DNA of 64,000 bases from the NCBI GenBank assembly GCA_948466345.1, contig CAOKAC010000009.1, positions 1,832 to 65,831 on the forward strand, in the 5' to 3' direction. The notes below the pieces were generated by a model. That model did not search any database. It had not been told where the DNA came from and was given only the letters and a program-made list of their open reading frames with translations. Shown one piece after another: positions 11,001-20,571 of the stretch. How positions within the stretch are numbered: position 1 is the stretch's first letter; the number at the start of each line of letters is the position of its first letter. The position numbers and the translations under genes are program-made. This DNA comes from an uncultured Clostridia bacterium (lineage in GTDB: Bacteria > Bacillota > Clostridia > Oscillospirales > CAG-272).

Positions 11001-11561
11001 ATTGACAATCTTTTGTTCCGACAGTCCGTGATCCTGTATCTCCAGATAAAATCTGTCTGGACCAAACAGTTTCTGCATCTCTATGGCATATGCCTTTGCA
11101 TCTTCATAATTTCCGGCAGAAATCAGACGTGGAATCCGTCCGCCCAAACACGCAGACAATGCAATAAGCCCGTTGCTATGACCACGGAGCAAATCCATAT
11201 CAATTCTTGGTTTTGAATAAAAGCCGGTCTGAAAAGCTTCGGATACCATATAAATTAGATTTTTATATCCAACTTCGTTTTCACAGAGCAGCACCAAATG
11301 CTCCGAGGCATGATCTCTGCCGTACTCTCTGTCAAAACGTGATCCCGGCGCCACATATACCTCGCAACCGATTATTGGCTTGACACCTTCCTTGACACAC
11401 GCCTTATAGAAATCTACAACGCCATACATCACTCCGTGGTCTGTGATTGCACAAGCCGTATGTCCAGCGGCACGCACCATTGCCGGAATGTCTGCAATGC
11501 GGCAAGCACCATCCAGCAGACTATATTCACTGTGTAAGTGCAGATGCACAAAATCTGCCAT
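8058..11561 (-). CDS. dnaE: DNA polymerase III alpha subunit
   Basis: FVHLHLHSEYSLLDG, GPGRGSGAGS, MPDFDIDF, FNKSHAAAY. Confidence 0.97.
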   Translation of the reverse strand: MADFVHLHLHSEYSLLDGACRIADIPAMVRAAGHTACAITDHGVMYGVVDFYKACVKEGVKPIIGCEVYVAPGSRFDREYGRDHASEHLVLLCENEVGYKNLIYMVSEAFQTGFYSKPRIDMDLLRGHSNGLIALSACLGGRIPRLISAGNYEDAKAYAIEMQKLFGPDRFYLEIQDHGLSEQKIVNEALFQMSEQLGIGLVATNDVHYLRRSDSDAQAILMCIQTNSSIEDGKPIGFETDEFYYKETWEMERLFADHPEALSNTVKIADMCQLDFQFDRTYFPSYPCPDGEPPGVYLKRLALKGLEHRIQNGTVILEKIPREMYMQRLEYELPIIDGMGYSEYYLIVWDFVDWAKSKGIPVGPGRGSGAGSVIAYLIGITDVDPIRFDLLFERFLNPERVSMPDFDIDFCYDRRDEVIQYVRDKYGDDHVAQIITFGTMAARAVVRDVGRALGIPYGEVDVVARQIPHTLNMTLARALEGKELSEMYESDPNVRRLIDVGRALEGMPRHASTHAAGVVITENPLTDHVPLAVNNGVCVTQYNMDTVAELGLLKFDFLALRYLTIIAAAEKEIARQCPGFTMATIPLDDKAVYAMLSKGNTDGVFQLESGGMRQMLTQLAPENIDDIIAAIALYRPGPMDSIPRYIEARHGKKPEMLIPQLEPILASTYGCIVYQEQVMRIFQDVAGYSLGHADIVRRAISKKKTDVLLSEKEAFVYGARERGVSEEKAEKLFDDIAAFANYAFNKSHAAAYAVVSYQTAYLKAHYLKEFNCALLTSVQGSQGKIAEYIGECKRRGIAVLPPDVNASMTDFHADEAGIRFGLGALKNVGRGFIDTIIAERERGGPFLDFDDFLTRSQKLGINKRQMEALIKSGALDVLGPKRSQMLAVYEHLLERGTSSGLEGQLDLFSAAPMGESVAPKTVFPDLPELSAAEKLHLERESSGMYLSGHILDDYTNHMNALQCANTTGIINTFTQDTEGVPQYREKDTVILAGVILSRTNKTTRSGDAMAFITLEDLTGEIELIVFPAPLSAHTHLLTTGSIIAVRGTISVREEENPKVLVNNVMALEKNGGDTPLFMPKDTKKVKERCTTANGSMQKLYIKVPSQSSEAFRRVAAFLSIFRGNIPVTFYDNEAKTAFRGVNFGASVNDFTLKELREILGDAAVVVK

Positions 11562-11580
11562 CGCCGCAGGCTCCTTTACT

Positions 11581-12306
11581 TTATTCTGTAATTCCTTTAT
11601 AAAACTGCAAAATTTTATCCAGTCTGTGTTTAACTCCTGATTTCGATATAGGAGGATTGTGAAGTTTTCCTAATTCCGCCATAGAGGCTTGAGGGGTTTC
11701 GCAGCGCAACCTAGCCGTTTCCTGCAATTCCTGTGGAAGATGATTTTCTAGTCCCTTATGAAAAATTTCTTCAATCACAGTTGTATATTGCTGTGCCGCT
11801 GCCAATGATTTGCTGATATTCGCCATATCGCAGTTCATTTGTCGATTGGCATTGCCACGTACTTCTCGCACAATTTTAGCATTCATTAAATCGAATGCAG
11901 CGGAAGTTGCTCCAGTGAGGGCCAAAAAATCTTCAATCTCGCTACTACTTTTTAAATACAGTAAATATCGTTTTCCTCGCCGTCCATGCTTCATAAAGAC
12001 TCCGCCATCTGACAGAATTTTCGCGGCTGCATTCTGCTCCTCAGATGTTTCAAAAGAAAGCTCCAAATGATACTGCTTGTCCGGATCTGTTATGGAACCA
12101 AATGCTATAAAAAGCCCTGCTATAAAATTCGCACGACATGCATCACATCGAAAATGTGTCTTTGCAGATGTAATCTTTTTTGCACATACAAATCTATCAC
12201 AAATATCTGCATAAGCCAGTGCATCCTGCCGGATGCGCTGGCAGCATTTTTTCTTTGGAAGCGTGTTCAGAATCGCTTCTTTTGTTATTCTACTATAGCT
12301 TTCCAT
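11581..12306 (-). CDS. whiA: DNA-binding protein WhiA
   Basis: GSITDP..YHLE, NRQMNCDMAN, ISKSGVKHRL. Confidence 0.9.
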   Translation of the reverse strand: MESYSRITKEAILNTLPKKKCCQRIRQDALAYADICDRFVCAKKITSAKTHFRCDACRANFIAGLFIAFGSITDPDKQYHLELSFETSEEQNAAAKILSDGGVFMKHGRRGKRYLLYLKSSSEIEDFLALTGATSAAFDLMNAKIVREVRGNANRQMNCDMANISKSLAAAQQYTTVIEEIFHKGLENHLPQELQETARLRCETPQASMAELGKLHNPPISKSGVKHRLDKILQFYKGITE

Positions 12307-13214
12307 TATGTTAAATAAATCATTTCACATTCGATTTCCACACCAAATTTCTGCAGTACCGCTTCACGGATCACATCGATCAACCGCAACACATCATCTG
12401 CCGTAGCGCCGCCCTTATTGACAATGAATCCAGCATGCTTTTCCGACACCTGGGCTCCGCCAACGCTTCTGCCCTTGAGTCCGCATTCATCAATCATTTG
12501 TCCTGTATACTTGCCGGGATAGCGTTTAAATACACTGCCGGCCGATGGATATTCCAGCGGCTGTTTCGTTCTGCGCCGCTGCATAAAATCTTCCATTACA
12601 CTACGGATTTGCTGCTCTTTTCCGGGCTGCAGTGCAAAGGATGCGGCTAGAATGATCCATTTTTTTTTCTGCCGATAAATACTATTTCGATAATCAAAAA
12701 CATGGTCCACTGCCGCAAGAGTAGAAACAGCACCGGCTTCCATATCATAATAAGTACTGGACAACAAAATATCCGCAATTTGACCGCCATAAGCGCCTGC
12801 ATTCATAAATACAGCACCAGCAGCGGATCCGGGTATGCCATACAAAAATTCCATTCCAGAAAGTCCATGGTCTCTTGCCGCTGCTGCGGCCGCAGTCACA
12901 CTTGCGCCGGCAGCGCAGGTCACCACATTTTCGCAAACAGAGATTTCTGTAATGAATTCTGTAGAAAGAATTACGCCGGGATACCCTGCATCGGAAACTA
13001 AAAGATTACTGCCTTTTCCAACAACGGTCACAGGCATATCGGTATCCTGCAGTAACTGTATGACCGCTACAAGGGATTCCGCACTGCAGGGACGAATATA
13101 CAATAATGCAGGTCCGCCGATCCGGAAAGTAGTATGTGCGGCCATTGGCTCATCTTCCAAATAGGAAACACCGATTTCATCCAGCTTTTTTTTTATGCTT
13201 GCAACAGAATTCAT
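12306..13214 (-). CDS. murB: UDP-N-acetylmuramate dehydrogenase
   Basis: HTTFRIGGPA, GKGSNLLV, MNAGAYG, QPLEYPSAGSVFK, VSEKHAGFIVN. Confidence 0.95.
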   Translation of the reverse strand: MNSVASIKKKLDEIGVSYLEDEPMAAHTTFRIGGPALLYIRPCSAESLVAVIQLLQDTDMPVTVVGKGSNLLVSDAGYPGVILSTEFITEISVCENVVTCAAGASVTAAAAAARDHGLSGMEFLYGIPGSAAGAVFMNAGAYGGQIADILLSSTYYDMEAGAVSTLAAVDHVFDYRNSIYRQKKKWIILAASFALQPGKEQQIRSVMEDFMQRRRTKQPLEYPSAGSVFKRYPGKYTGQMIDECGLKGRSVGGAQVSEKHAGFIVNKGGATADDVLRLIDVIREAVLQKFGVEIECEMIYLT

Positions 13215-13225
13215 AAAGCCCCCCA

Positions 13226-13909
13226 TTATAATATGTCCAGCAGCTGCGGCAAAGTATGAATTGTCCATTTAGGAGACGCACTCCCGCAACCTATCCCTTT
13301 AGGATCAAAATAGCAGCTGTCTAGTCCTGCTCCTCTGGCGCCTGCAATATCGGAAGATAGTGAATCCCCAATTACAAGATACGCCTCTCTGCGGTTGTCT
13401 CCAATATCCGCAAGAACTTTGTCAAAGAAAAGCCGCTCCGGCTTAGCACAGCCCATATCATGAGAAATATAAACTTTCTGAAAATAAGGGGCAAGCGGTG
13501 TACGAGCCATCCGTTTTTTCTGTACCCATGCAGTCGCATTCGTCACAATATACAGTGCATATTTTTTTGCTAGTACGGCTACCGTTTCCAATGCGCCGTC
13601 AACCAGCATACTCTGCTCTGACATATGCTCTAGGAAAGTCGATGCCACTGCCTCTGCACCACTGGAATCTAAAGAGTACCCAAGTGTTTTATATAACTGT
13701 ACAAAGCGTTCTGTTCGTAAACGTTCGCGGGTAGTCTCTCCCCGCTCCAATTGCTTCCACATGAGATCGTTTATAGTATGATACATCTGAAAAATAGCAT
13801 TACTGTATCCAAGCGGGGTATGGATTAACGTACGGTGCAACGCTTCCTGCTCCGCAAGATCAAAATCGAGGAGCGTATTGTCTGCGTCAAATAATAGATA
13901 TTGATACAT
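13226..13909 (-). CDS. YjjG-family HAD nucleotidase
   Basis: FDADNTLLDF, VTN, KP, IGDSLSSDIAGA. Confidence 0.88.
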   Translation of the reverse strand: MYQYLLFDADNTLLDFDLAEQEALHRTLIHTPLGYSNAIFQMYHTINDLMWKQLERGETTRERLRTERFVQLYKTLGYSLDSSGAEAVASTFLEHMSEQSMLVDGALETVAVLAKKYALYIVTNATAWVQKKRMARTPLAPYFQKVYISHDMGCAKPERLFFDKVLADIGDNRREAYLVIGDSLSSDIAGARGAGLDSCYFDPKGIGCGSASPKWTIHTLPQLLDIL

Positions 13910-13917
13910 TATGTTTT

Positions 13918-15153
13918 TTATGCCTTTATAAACCGGTGGAAGGTTTTTTTGCCCTTCCTTACAATCAAACCGTCCTCTGGTATCTCGTCTGCCTGCACAA
14001 AAGCAGTAAAGCCCTCCGCCTTAATGTCACCTACAAAAATCCCCCCTCCGGAGATTAGGCGCTTGGCTTCTGCCTTAGAAGGGGCTAGCTTTGCCCGTAC
14101 CAGCATATCGGACACGAGAATGATTCCATCAGTAAAATCCGCGCCGGTGAGTGTCGTCGTAGGCATATTCTCTGCCATTCCGCCTGCTGCAAACACAGCT
14201 TTTGCTGCGGACAGGGCCTTGTCCGCTTCCTCCTTTCCATGGATCAAATTGGTTACTTCCCAAGCCAGTCTTTCCTTTGCAGTATTCAGTTGAGCGCCTT
14301 CCAGCTTTTCATATTCGGCAATTTCGGAAAGCTCCATAAAAGTGAGCATTTTCATGCAGCTGATCACGTCTGCATCATCAATGTTTCTCCAATACTGGAA
14401 AAATTCATAAGGAGATACCTTTTCCGGATCCAGCCATAATGCACCTTTCTCCGTCTTACCCATTTTTTTACCCTCGCTGGTAAGCAAAAGTTTGAAGGTG
14501 AGACCAAAGGCTTCTTTACCAGTCTTGCGGCGGATTAATTCCACACCGGCGATAATATTGGACCACTGGTCATCGCCGCCCGTTTCCAGAACGCAGTCAT
14601 AATCCTGATTCAGCCGATAAAAATCATATGCCTGCATAATCATATAGTTAAATTCAAGGAAAGTAAGCCCCGTTTCCATTCTGGATTTATAACACTCAGC
14701 CCCAAGCATCCTGTTTACAGTAAAGTGCGGCCCTACTTCCCGAAGAAAATCTACGTAATTCAGATCCAGAAGCCAATCGCCGTTGTTCACAAAAACAGCT
14801 TTTCCTTCGCTGGTATCGATAAATTTGCCCATCTGCTTTTTAAAGTTGTCTATATTAGCAGCGATTTCTTCTTTTGTCATCATTCGACGCATATCGTTTT
14901 TGCCGGAAGGATCCCCGATCATCGCCGTCCCGCCGCCGAAAATTGCAATTGGACGATGCCCTGCCCGCTGCATATGCGCCATCACCTTCATCTGGATAAA
15001 ATGGCCGATGTGCAGACTATCTGCTGTTGGGTCAAATCCTATATAGAAAGTAATTTTCTGGTTATCCAGCAAATCGCGTACCCGTTCCGGGTCTGTCACC
15101 TGGGCAAGCATTCCCCTGTCTACAAATTCCTGATATAAGCTCATTTTTCTCAC
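13918..15153 (-). CDS. tyrS: Tyrosine--tRNA ligase
   Basis: [27 protein letters not shown]-terminal S4 domain; start is GTG 15153 or ATG 15144. Confidence 0.96.
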   Translation of the reverse strand: MRKMSLYQEFVDRGMLAQVTDPERVRDLLDNQKITFYIGFDPTADSLHIGHFIQMKVMAHMQRAGHRPIAIFGGGTAMIGDPSGKNDMRRMMTKEEIAANIDNFKKQMGKFIDTSEGKAVFVNNGDWLLDLNYVDFLREVGPHFTVNRMLGAECYKSRMETGLTFLEFNYMIMQAYDFYRLNQDYDCVLETGGDDQWSNIIAGVELIRRKTGKEAFGLTFKLLLTSEGKKMGKTEKGALWLDPEKVSPYEFFQYWRNIDDADVISCMKMLTFMELSEIAEYEKLEGAQLNTAKERLAWEVTNLIHGKEEADKALSAAKAVFAAGGMAENMPTTTLTGADFTDGIILVSDMLVRAKLAPSKAEAKRLISGGGIFVGDIKAEGFTAFVQADEIPEDGLIVRKGKKTFHRFIKA

Positions 15154-15201
15154 ACGGCACCGCCTGAAGCAGTGCCAGCTCCTCTCTTATTTTATTAGTC
15201 G

Positions 15202-16896
15202 TCAAATATTTTTCAGCAGTTCCCTGGCTGCTGTATATTGATTTTCAGTCACTTCTATGCCCCCGATGATCCGGGCTAGTTCCGCCACCCGCTCTTCTTT
15301 GCCAAGCGGACGAACGTCGCTCTCGGCTCTGCAGTCCACTTCTTTTTTTTCAATCAGTAGATGCTGATGGGCATGAGCCGCAACTTGCGCTGCGTGGGTT
15401 ACACAGATAACTTGTGCCCCCTTAGACAGTTCACGTAGTTTTATGCCGATTCTCTCTGCAGTTCCACCAGACACCCCCGTATCAATCTCATCAAAAATTA
15501 CCGTTCCCGCTCCTACCTTTTTCGCCTGGGCGCTCTTAAGGGCCAACATTATTCTGGACATTTCCCCCCCGGAAGCCGTTTTTGACAAAGACTGGGGTGC
15601 GTCTCCTGGATTGGTAACCACAGTAAAATCAACTTCGTCTATTCCCAGTGCAGTAAATTTTTCCTTCCCGTTCTCACGCATAGGACGGATATCCACATAA
15701 AATCGAACCTTTGGCATGTCCAAAAAACGAAGGGTATCCATCACGTCATCTCCTAGACGCATCGCCGCTTTCCGCCGATGGGCGCTTAACGCTTCAGCTG
15801 CTTCCTTTCCCTTTTTGGCAAGACGTTTGTATTCACACTCAAGCTCCTCCAGCCAGCTTTCACCCATCTCGATATCAGATAGCTTTTTCGCTGCATTTTC
15901 CCGAAAAGAAATTACGTCCTCCAGACTGCCGCCATATTTCTTTTTTAGGCGGGATATAAGACTTAGACGGCCTTCTATCCGATCAAGCTGACGCTCCGGA
16001 TCCTCTCCGTCCAACTCATCCAAATCGATAACATCTCTTGCCCGTTCCGCAATATCTATCAGTTCGATTCGATATTCCATAAGTAGTGCAGCGGCTTCGC
16101 TTGCACCGTCCATAATACCGTCCAACTGCTGGAGCGCAGTAGAAGCCCGTTCCAGCAGGTACGCTGCAGAAGCTCCCTTATCTGAAGGCGCAAGTGCCCG
16201 GTGGACAAGATTTGCATTCTTTGCAATCTGCTCTCGTCCCCGCAGTTTCTCCCGCAGTTTTTCCAATTTTTCCTCTTCTCCTGCATCCGCAATACGCGCT
16301 TTGTCTATTTCAGATATCTGATACTTTAAAATATCAATCATCATAGAGCGTTCTTCCATAGACTGACGTAACTGTGCAATTTCATTGCGCTTATTGACCA
16401 TTTCAGAATAAACTGCACTGTAGATTTGAAGTAACCCTTGGCTTTCCCCGTAATCGTCCAAAATACGCACATATACATGCGGATCATACAAAGAAGCTGT
16501 TTCTTCCTGCCCATGAAGGGCTAAAAGCCTTTCTGTACACCTTCGCAGTTGGGACAGAGATACACTTTTTCCATTGATCTTTGCCCCATTCCTTCCATCA
16601 ATAGACAGCGTTCTTTTTAGTGTAAGCTCTCCGTTCTCATCCGGGTATATATCAATAGAGGACAACTCCCCGCCTTCATCTCCTAAATCGGAAAAAATAG
16701 CTGTCACAGAAGCGCCGGTTTCGCCGTGACGGATCAGATCTCGCTGCCCTTTTGCACCTAGAAGCAGTGAAATACTATCTATAATAATAGACTTTCCGGC
16801 GCCGGTTTCGCCGGTCAGCACTGTAAAACCGCTGCCAAACTCAATATCCAGTGTTTTTGCAACGGCAATGTTTTCAATGGACAGAGCGCGCAGCAT
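15202..16896 (-). CDS. recN: DNA repair protein RecN
   Basis: TGETGAGKS, ASGGEMSR, IFDEIDTGVSG, CVTH. Confidence 0.95.
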   Translation of the reverse strand: MLRALSIENIAVAKTLDIEFGSGFTVLTGETGAGKSIIIDSISLLLGAKGQRDLIRHGETGASVTAIFSDLGDEGGELSSIDIYPDENGELTLKRTLSIDGRNGAKINGKSVSLSQLRRCTERLLALHGQEETASLYDPHVYVRILDDYGESQGLLQIYSAVYSEMVNKRNEIAQLRQSMEERSMMIDILKYQISEIDKARIADAGEEEKLEKLREKLRGREQIAKNANLVHRALAPSDKGASAAYLLERASTALQQLDGIMDGASEAAALLMEYRIELIDIAERARDVIDLDELDGEDPERQLDRIEGRLSLISRLKKKYGGSLEDVISFRENAAKKLSDIEMGESWLEELECEYKRLAKKGKEAAEALSAHRRKAAMRLGDDVMDTLRFLDMPKVRFYVDIRPMRENGKEKFTALGIDEVDFTVVTNPGDAPQSLSKTASGGEMSRIMLALKSAQAKKVGAGTVIFDEIDTGVSGGTAERIGIKLRELSKGAQVICVTHAAQVAAHAHQHLLIEKKEVDCRAESDVRPLGKEERVAELARIIGGIEVTENQYTAARELLKNI

Positions 16897-16947
16897 TTTG
16901 TTGCATCTCCTTCACTATAGTAACATGCCTTTCATAATAAAAAACAA

Positions 16948-17403
16948 TTATTTCTCTATCATCTTTCGAATATCCGCCGCAACCTGCGCCGCGCCGGAAC
17001 CACTGCGAACAGCTAAAAATAAGGTATCGTCTCCGGCAACGCAGCCTAGTACAGAAGGGATATGCATAGCATCTAATCCCGCCGCAACCGCCTGCGCCAT
17101 GCCCGGATACGTTTTCACTACAACCAGGTTCATCGCATAGTCAGCGCTGATGATGGACGCAACCAGCGTGTGACTGTATGCAAAATGTCCATTCACACTG
17201 CCCTGCGGCTTTTGGACGATATACTTATATCGCCCGCTGTCTGTCATGATCTTTTGCAGCTTCATTTCTCGAATGTCTCTGGAAACAGTGGCCTGGGTGA
17301 CATTGAAACCCTCCCGCTGCAATGCATCAATCAATTCCTCTTGGGTCTCAATTTCTCCCATCTCTATTATTTCCAAAATTTTATTTTGCCGGTTCGTTTT
17401 CAT
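16948..17403 (-). CDS. argR: Arginine repressor
   Basis: TQEEL, VTQATVSRDIRE, AGDDT. Confidence 0.95.
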   Translation of the reverse strand: MKTNRQNKILEIIEMGEIETQEELIDALQREGFNVTQATVSRDIREMKLQKIMTDSGRYKYIVQKPQGSVNGHFAYSHTLVASIISADYAMNLVVVKTYPGMAQAVAAGLDAMHIPSVLGCVAGDDTLFLAVRSGSGAAQVAADIRKMIEK

Positions 17404-17458
17404 AGAAATCTCCATTCCGCTTTTTGCACAACTCCCAATTCGCTTTTGTGTTTATAGA

Positions 17459-17701
17459 TCATTCCTTAATTTTATGTGCGGTAATAATTGTATAGCTATG
17501 TGCATTCACGGTTATTCTGCAATTGCTTACCGTAATATACCCATTTTTTCCTAACCTTTTAATTTTTGCATTTTTGTCTAGGGTTTGTATTCTGCACCAT
17601 TGAACGATATCATACGTTTCAATCTGTAAGTTCTTTTTTATACGGTCCACACCCAACACTGTTGTATGGAGTTTATCAATATTCTCAATTAAACTGTCCA
17701 T
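17459..17701 (-). CDS. DUF3781-like small protein
   Basis: LHTTVLGVDRIKKNL and ITVNAHSYTIITAHK; AT-rich relative to neighbours. Confidence 0.7.
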   Translation of the reverse strand: MDSLIENIDKLHTTVLGVDRIKKNLQIETYDIVQWCRIQTLDKNAKIKRLGKNGYITVSNCRITVNAHSYTIITAHKIKE

Positions 17702-17817
17702 TTTAATACTACCGTACCTCTAAAGTTATTTCAATATGTATATAAATACTACCTACTGAATTTTACCATAAACACGAAGTCAAATTAGGACTTACACAAT
17801 ATGCATTTTACTCATTA

Positions 17818-18648
17818 TTAACTACCTGACAGCTTGGAATTTAAAATCTCTACAAAATTCTTTTTTCCTGGCCAGACGAGGGGGACTGTATGTGCACTCT
17901 TTTCAATACGGATCACATCTCCGTCTAAAATTTCCAATACCTCTTTTCCATCTACAGATAAATAAATGGAGTTATTCCTGCAACGCATATTTCGAATTTC
18001 TAAAATAGCATTATCCCCATAAATAATCGGCCTGCTGTTCAAATTGTGGCAACAAATCGGCGTTGCACATATGCAGGACAGCATTGGATCCAGCACTGGA
18101 CCTCCGGCAGACATGGAATATGCGCTGGAACCAGTGGGTGTCGCAATCACAATCCCATCTGACCGCAGAGATTGGGAAAACCTGCCACTGCAATATACAT
18201 CAAAATATAGGAGCCTTGGAATGGGTCCATTAGAAAGTACTACATCGTTTAGGGCAGGATGGGTAGAAGACATCGTTTGACCATCTCGAATAACAGCGAC
18301 ATCCAACATCATCCGCCGCTGAATTTCAAAATCCCCCCGGATTACCTGCAGAAGACTGTCTGTGTCTGCCGCCTCAATTCCTGCCATATACCCCACATGG
18401 CCAAAATTCACGCCTACAATGGGAACATGCATGCTGGCGGTTACTCTGGAAACGTCAATAATCGTTCCGTCCCCTCCAAGCACTACAAGCAAGTCCGCCC
18501 CCGCATAGGCCTGCAGATCAGCACCGGTCTCCGGCAGTGGAACAATCTCAGCTGCGGGTCCCCAACTACAGATTTTTTCCCGCAGCGCTTCAACCACACC
18601 TACTGGTATATTCTTCTTGGGATTTGGCAACAGGAATATCTTTTTCAT
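17818..18648 (-). CDS. nadK: NAD kinase
   Basis: GGDGT, LND, ATPTGSSAYSMSAGGP. Confidence 0.93.
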   Translation of the reverse strand: MKKIFLLPNPKKNIPVGVVEALREKICSWGPAAEIVPLPETGADLQAYAGADLLVVLGGDGTIIDVSRVTASMHVPIVGVNFGHVGYMAGIEAADTDSLLQVIRGDFEIQRRMMLDVAVIRDGQTMSSTHPALNDVVLSNGPIPRLLYFDVYCSGRFSQSLRSDGIVIATPTGSSAYSMSAGGPVLDPMLSCICATPICCHNLNSRPIIYGDNAILEIRNMRCRNNSIYLSVDGKEVLEILDGDVIRIEKSAHTVPLVWPGKKNFVEILNSKLSGS

Positions 18649-19418
18649 GGCCGGCAAACCTCCAAAATTTTTTGTTCATCTACATGGATTTCCCCACCCT
18701 GTCTGCAATAAAGGAGAAATTCTCGATTTCCATCGCCTCCTTGAACAGGAGAGGAGATCAGCCCTGTCGGAGCCAATGCAAGTGCCGCCGCGCATGCAGC
18801 AACGCCGCATATCGCATCCCGATGGAAACGCCAGTCTTTTACGATTCCATTTTTAGAAAGGCCGCTTTGGCCACATTCAAATTGCGGTTTAATTAGACTG
18901 ATCAATATGCCATTCGTTTTTATAAGAGGAACAAGAGATGGTAAAATCAATTTTTGAGAAATAAAAGAAACATCCATGACACATATGTCACAAGTCTCCC
19001 CAATATCGGCAGCTTGCAGTGTACGAGCATTGCACTGCTCCATGCTGACTACACGAGGATCCTCTGCAAGAGAGGGGGCCAACTGTCCTACCCCGCTATC
19101 CACAGCGTATACCCTGCGTGCGCCCCGACGAAGCAAACAATCTGTAAAACCACCGCTGGATGCACCGATATCCAAAGCACACATTCCGGCAGGGTTTACC
19201 TGAAAGTGCTCCAATGCTGCTTCCAACTTCATGCCCCCCCGGCTTACATATGTATAAGGGACTCCAGTTACCACAACTATCTCTTTATCATCAACCTCAA
19301 AAGCCGGTTTTTGAATCACCTGTCCCCCTACTTTTACATATCCGTCCGCGATCAACGCTTTTGCAAAGCTTCTGCTCTTTGCAAGTCCCTTCTGCGCCAA
19401 ATATTGATCTAATCTCAT
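18645..19418 (-). CDS. tlyA: TlyA-family rRNA methyltransferase
   Basis: MRLD S4 domain, YVSRGGMKL, DIGASSGGFTD, DVSFIS, IKPQFE, GNREFL. Confidence 0.93.
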   Translation of the reverse strand: MRLDQYLAQKGLAKSRSFAKALIADGYVKVGGQVIQKPAFEVDDKEIVVVTGVPYTYVSRGGMKLEAALEHFQVNPAGMCALDIGASSGGFTDCLLRRGARRVYAVDSGVGQLAPSLAEDPRVVSMEQCNARTLQAADIGETCDICVMDVSFISQKLILPSLVPLIKTNGILISLIKPQFECGQSGLSKNGIVKDWRFHRDAICGVAACAAALALAPTGLISSPVQGGDGNREFLLYCRQGGEIHVDEQKILEVCRP

Positions 19419-20302
19419 TTTTTCCGATTCAACAAATACATAGGCAGTTGACAAATACTGTCGCTGTTTTCATAACCTGCAAACAAAGCCGATGATTCCT
19501 GGCTGAGGCGCCGAGCCTCTTCAAACGCCTCTTCCTGCGACAAAAACTTCAATACGGTGCACTTTCCGTTTTTGACATCGCTTCCAACGGGTTTACCAAG
19601 TTCTTCCGCTGTGCTGTTTACGTCTAACAAATCATCTACAATCTGAAAGGCTAAACCCACGTTTTGCGCATATATCTCCAGCTTTTTTTCTGTATCTGGA
19701 TTCGGTATGCCTTTTGCAGCATAGTATCCCAAAAGGCATGCAGCTTCCATTAACGCGCTCGTTTTCAATCGGTGCAGCATTTTTAAAGCATCATAATCCT
19801 GAATGTCCTTAGCCAAATCCATCTGCTGTCCAGCACACATGCCTAGTGCTCCGGCGCATCGAGAAAGTGCCTGCACAGCCAACGAATTAGCGTTATACGA
19901 CTCTTTTGTACCATGGTTGCCAATACAATAAAACGCTTGTGTCAGCAAAGCATCGCCAGCAAGAAGGGCTACTGTCTCCCCAAACTTTTTATGGCAGGAT
20001 GGCCTTCCTCTGCGCATGTCGTCATTGTCCATACAAGGTAAATCATCGTGTACTAAAGAATATCCATGGACCATTTCCATTGCACAGGCATAGTCTGCCG
20101 CATCCTCCGGAATGCCGCCAAACATGCAGCAAAATTCTATCGTAAGAAAAGCTCGAATACGCTTGCCTCCTCTAAGAACAGCATACCGCATCGCCTGGGT
20201 CATAGGACTTTCCATTAACAGTATATTTGCAGACAGCTGTCTCTCCAACGCTTCTTCCACAAAGGAGGCACACCAGGTAAGTCTTTGTTCCAATGTTTTC
20301 AT
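19415..20302 (-). CDS. ispA: Farnesyl diphosphate synthase (polyprenyl synthetase)
   Basis: GGKRIR, HDDLPCMDNDDMRRG, FQIVDDLLD. Confidence 0.92.
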   Translation of the reverse strand: MKTLEQRLTWCASFVEEALERQLSANILLMESPMTQAMRYAVLRGGKRIRAFLTIEFCCMFGGIPEDAADYACAMEMVHGYSLVHDDLPCMDNDDMRRGRPSCHKKFGETVALLAGDALLTQAFYCIGNHGTKESYNANSLAVQALSRCAGALGMCAGQQMDLAKDIQDYDALKMLHRLKTSALMEAACLLGYYAAKGIPNPDTEKKLEIYAQNVGLAFQIVDDLLDVNSTAEELGKPVGSDVKNGKCTVLKFLSQEEAFEEARRLSQESSALFAGYENSDSICQLPMYLLNRKK

Positions 20303-20312
20303 AGGATTCTCC

Positions 20313-20561
20313 TCAAGGTGATGGCGCATCAAAAGTTTTTTCCACCATAGCGCCTCCCTCTTCTGTTACTATCTTGATTCGCTGCTGTGCTCCGTCCAGT
20401 TTTCCGTTACAAAGCCGCACTAAGGCAACACCCTCTTCAAAAAGGGCTAACGAATCGTCTAATGCCGCTGTCCCGCTTTCCAAGGAACCAACAATTTCTT
20501 CCAGTCTTGCAAGGGCAGTTTCAAAAGTCATCTGCTGTAATTTTTCTTGATCCATGTCCAC
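20313..20561 (-). CDS. xseB: Exodeoxyribonuclease VII small subunit
   Basis: TFETALARLEEIV..LESG...LDDSLALFEEG. Confidence 0.93.
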   Translation of the reverse strand: MDMDQEKLQQMTFETALARLEEIVGSLESGTAALDDSLALFEEGVALVRLCNGKLDGAQQRIKIVTEEGGAMVEKTFDAPSP

Positions 20562-20571
20562 ACTGGTCTCC

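Noticed and set aside
15154-15201. T-box leader for tyrS
   Set aside because: Only 48 bp separate recN and tyrS, and no T-box motif is seen
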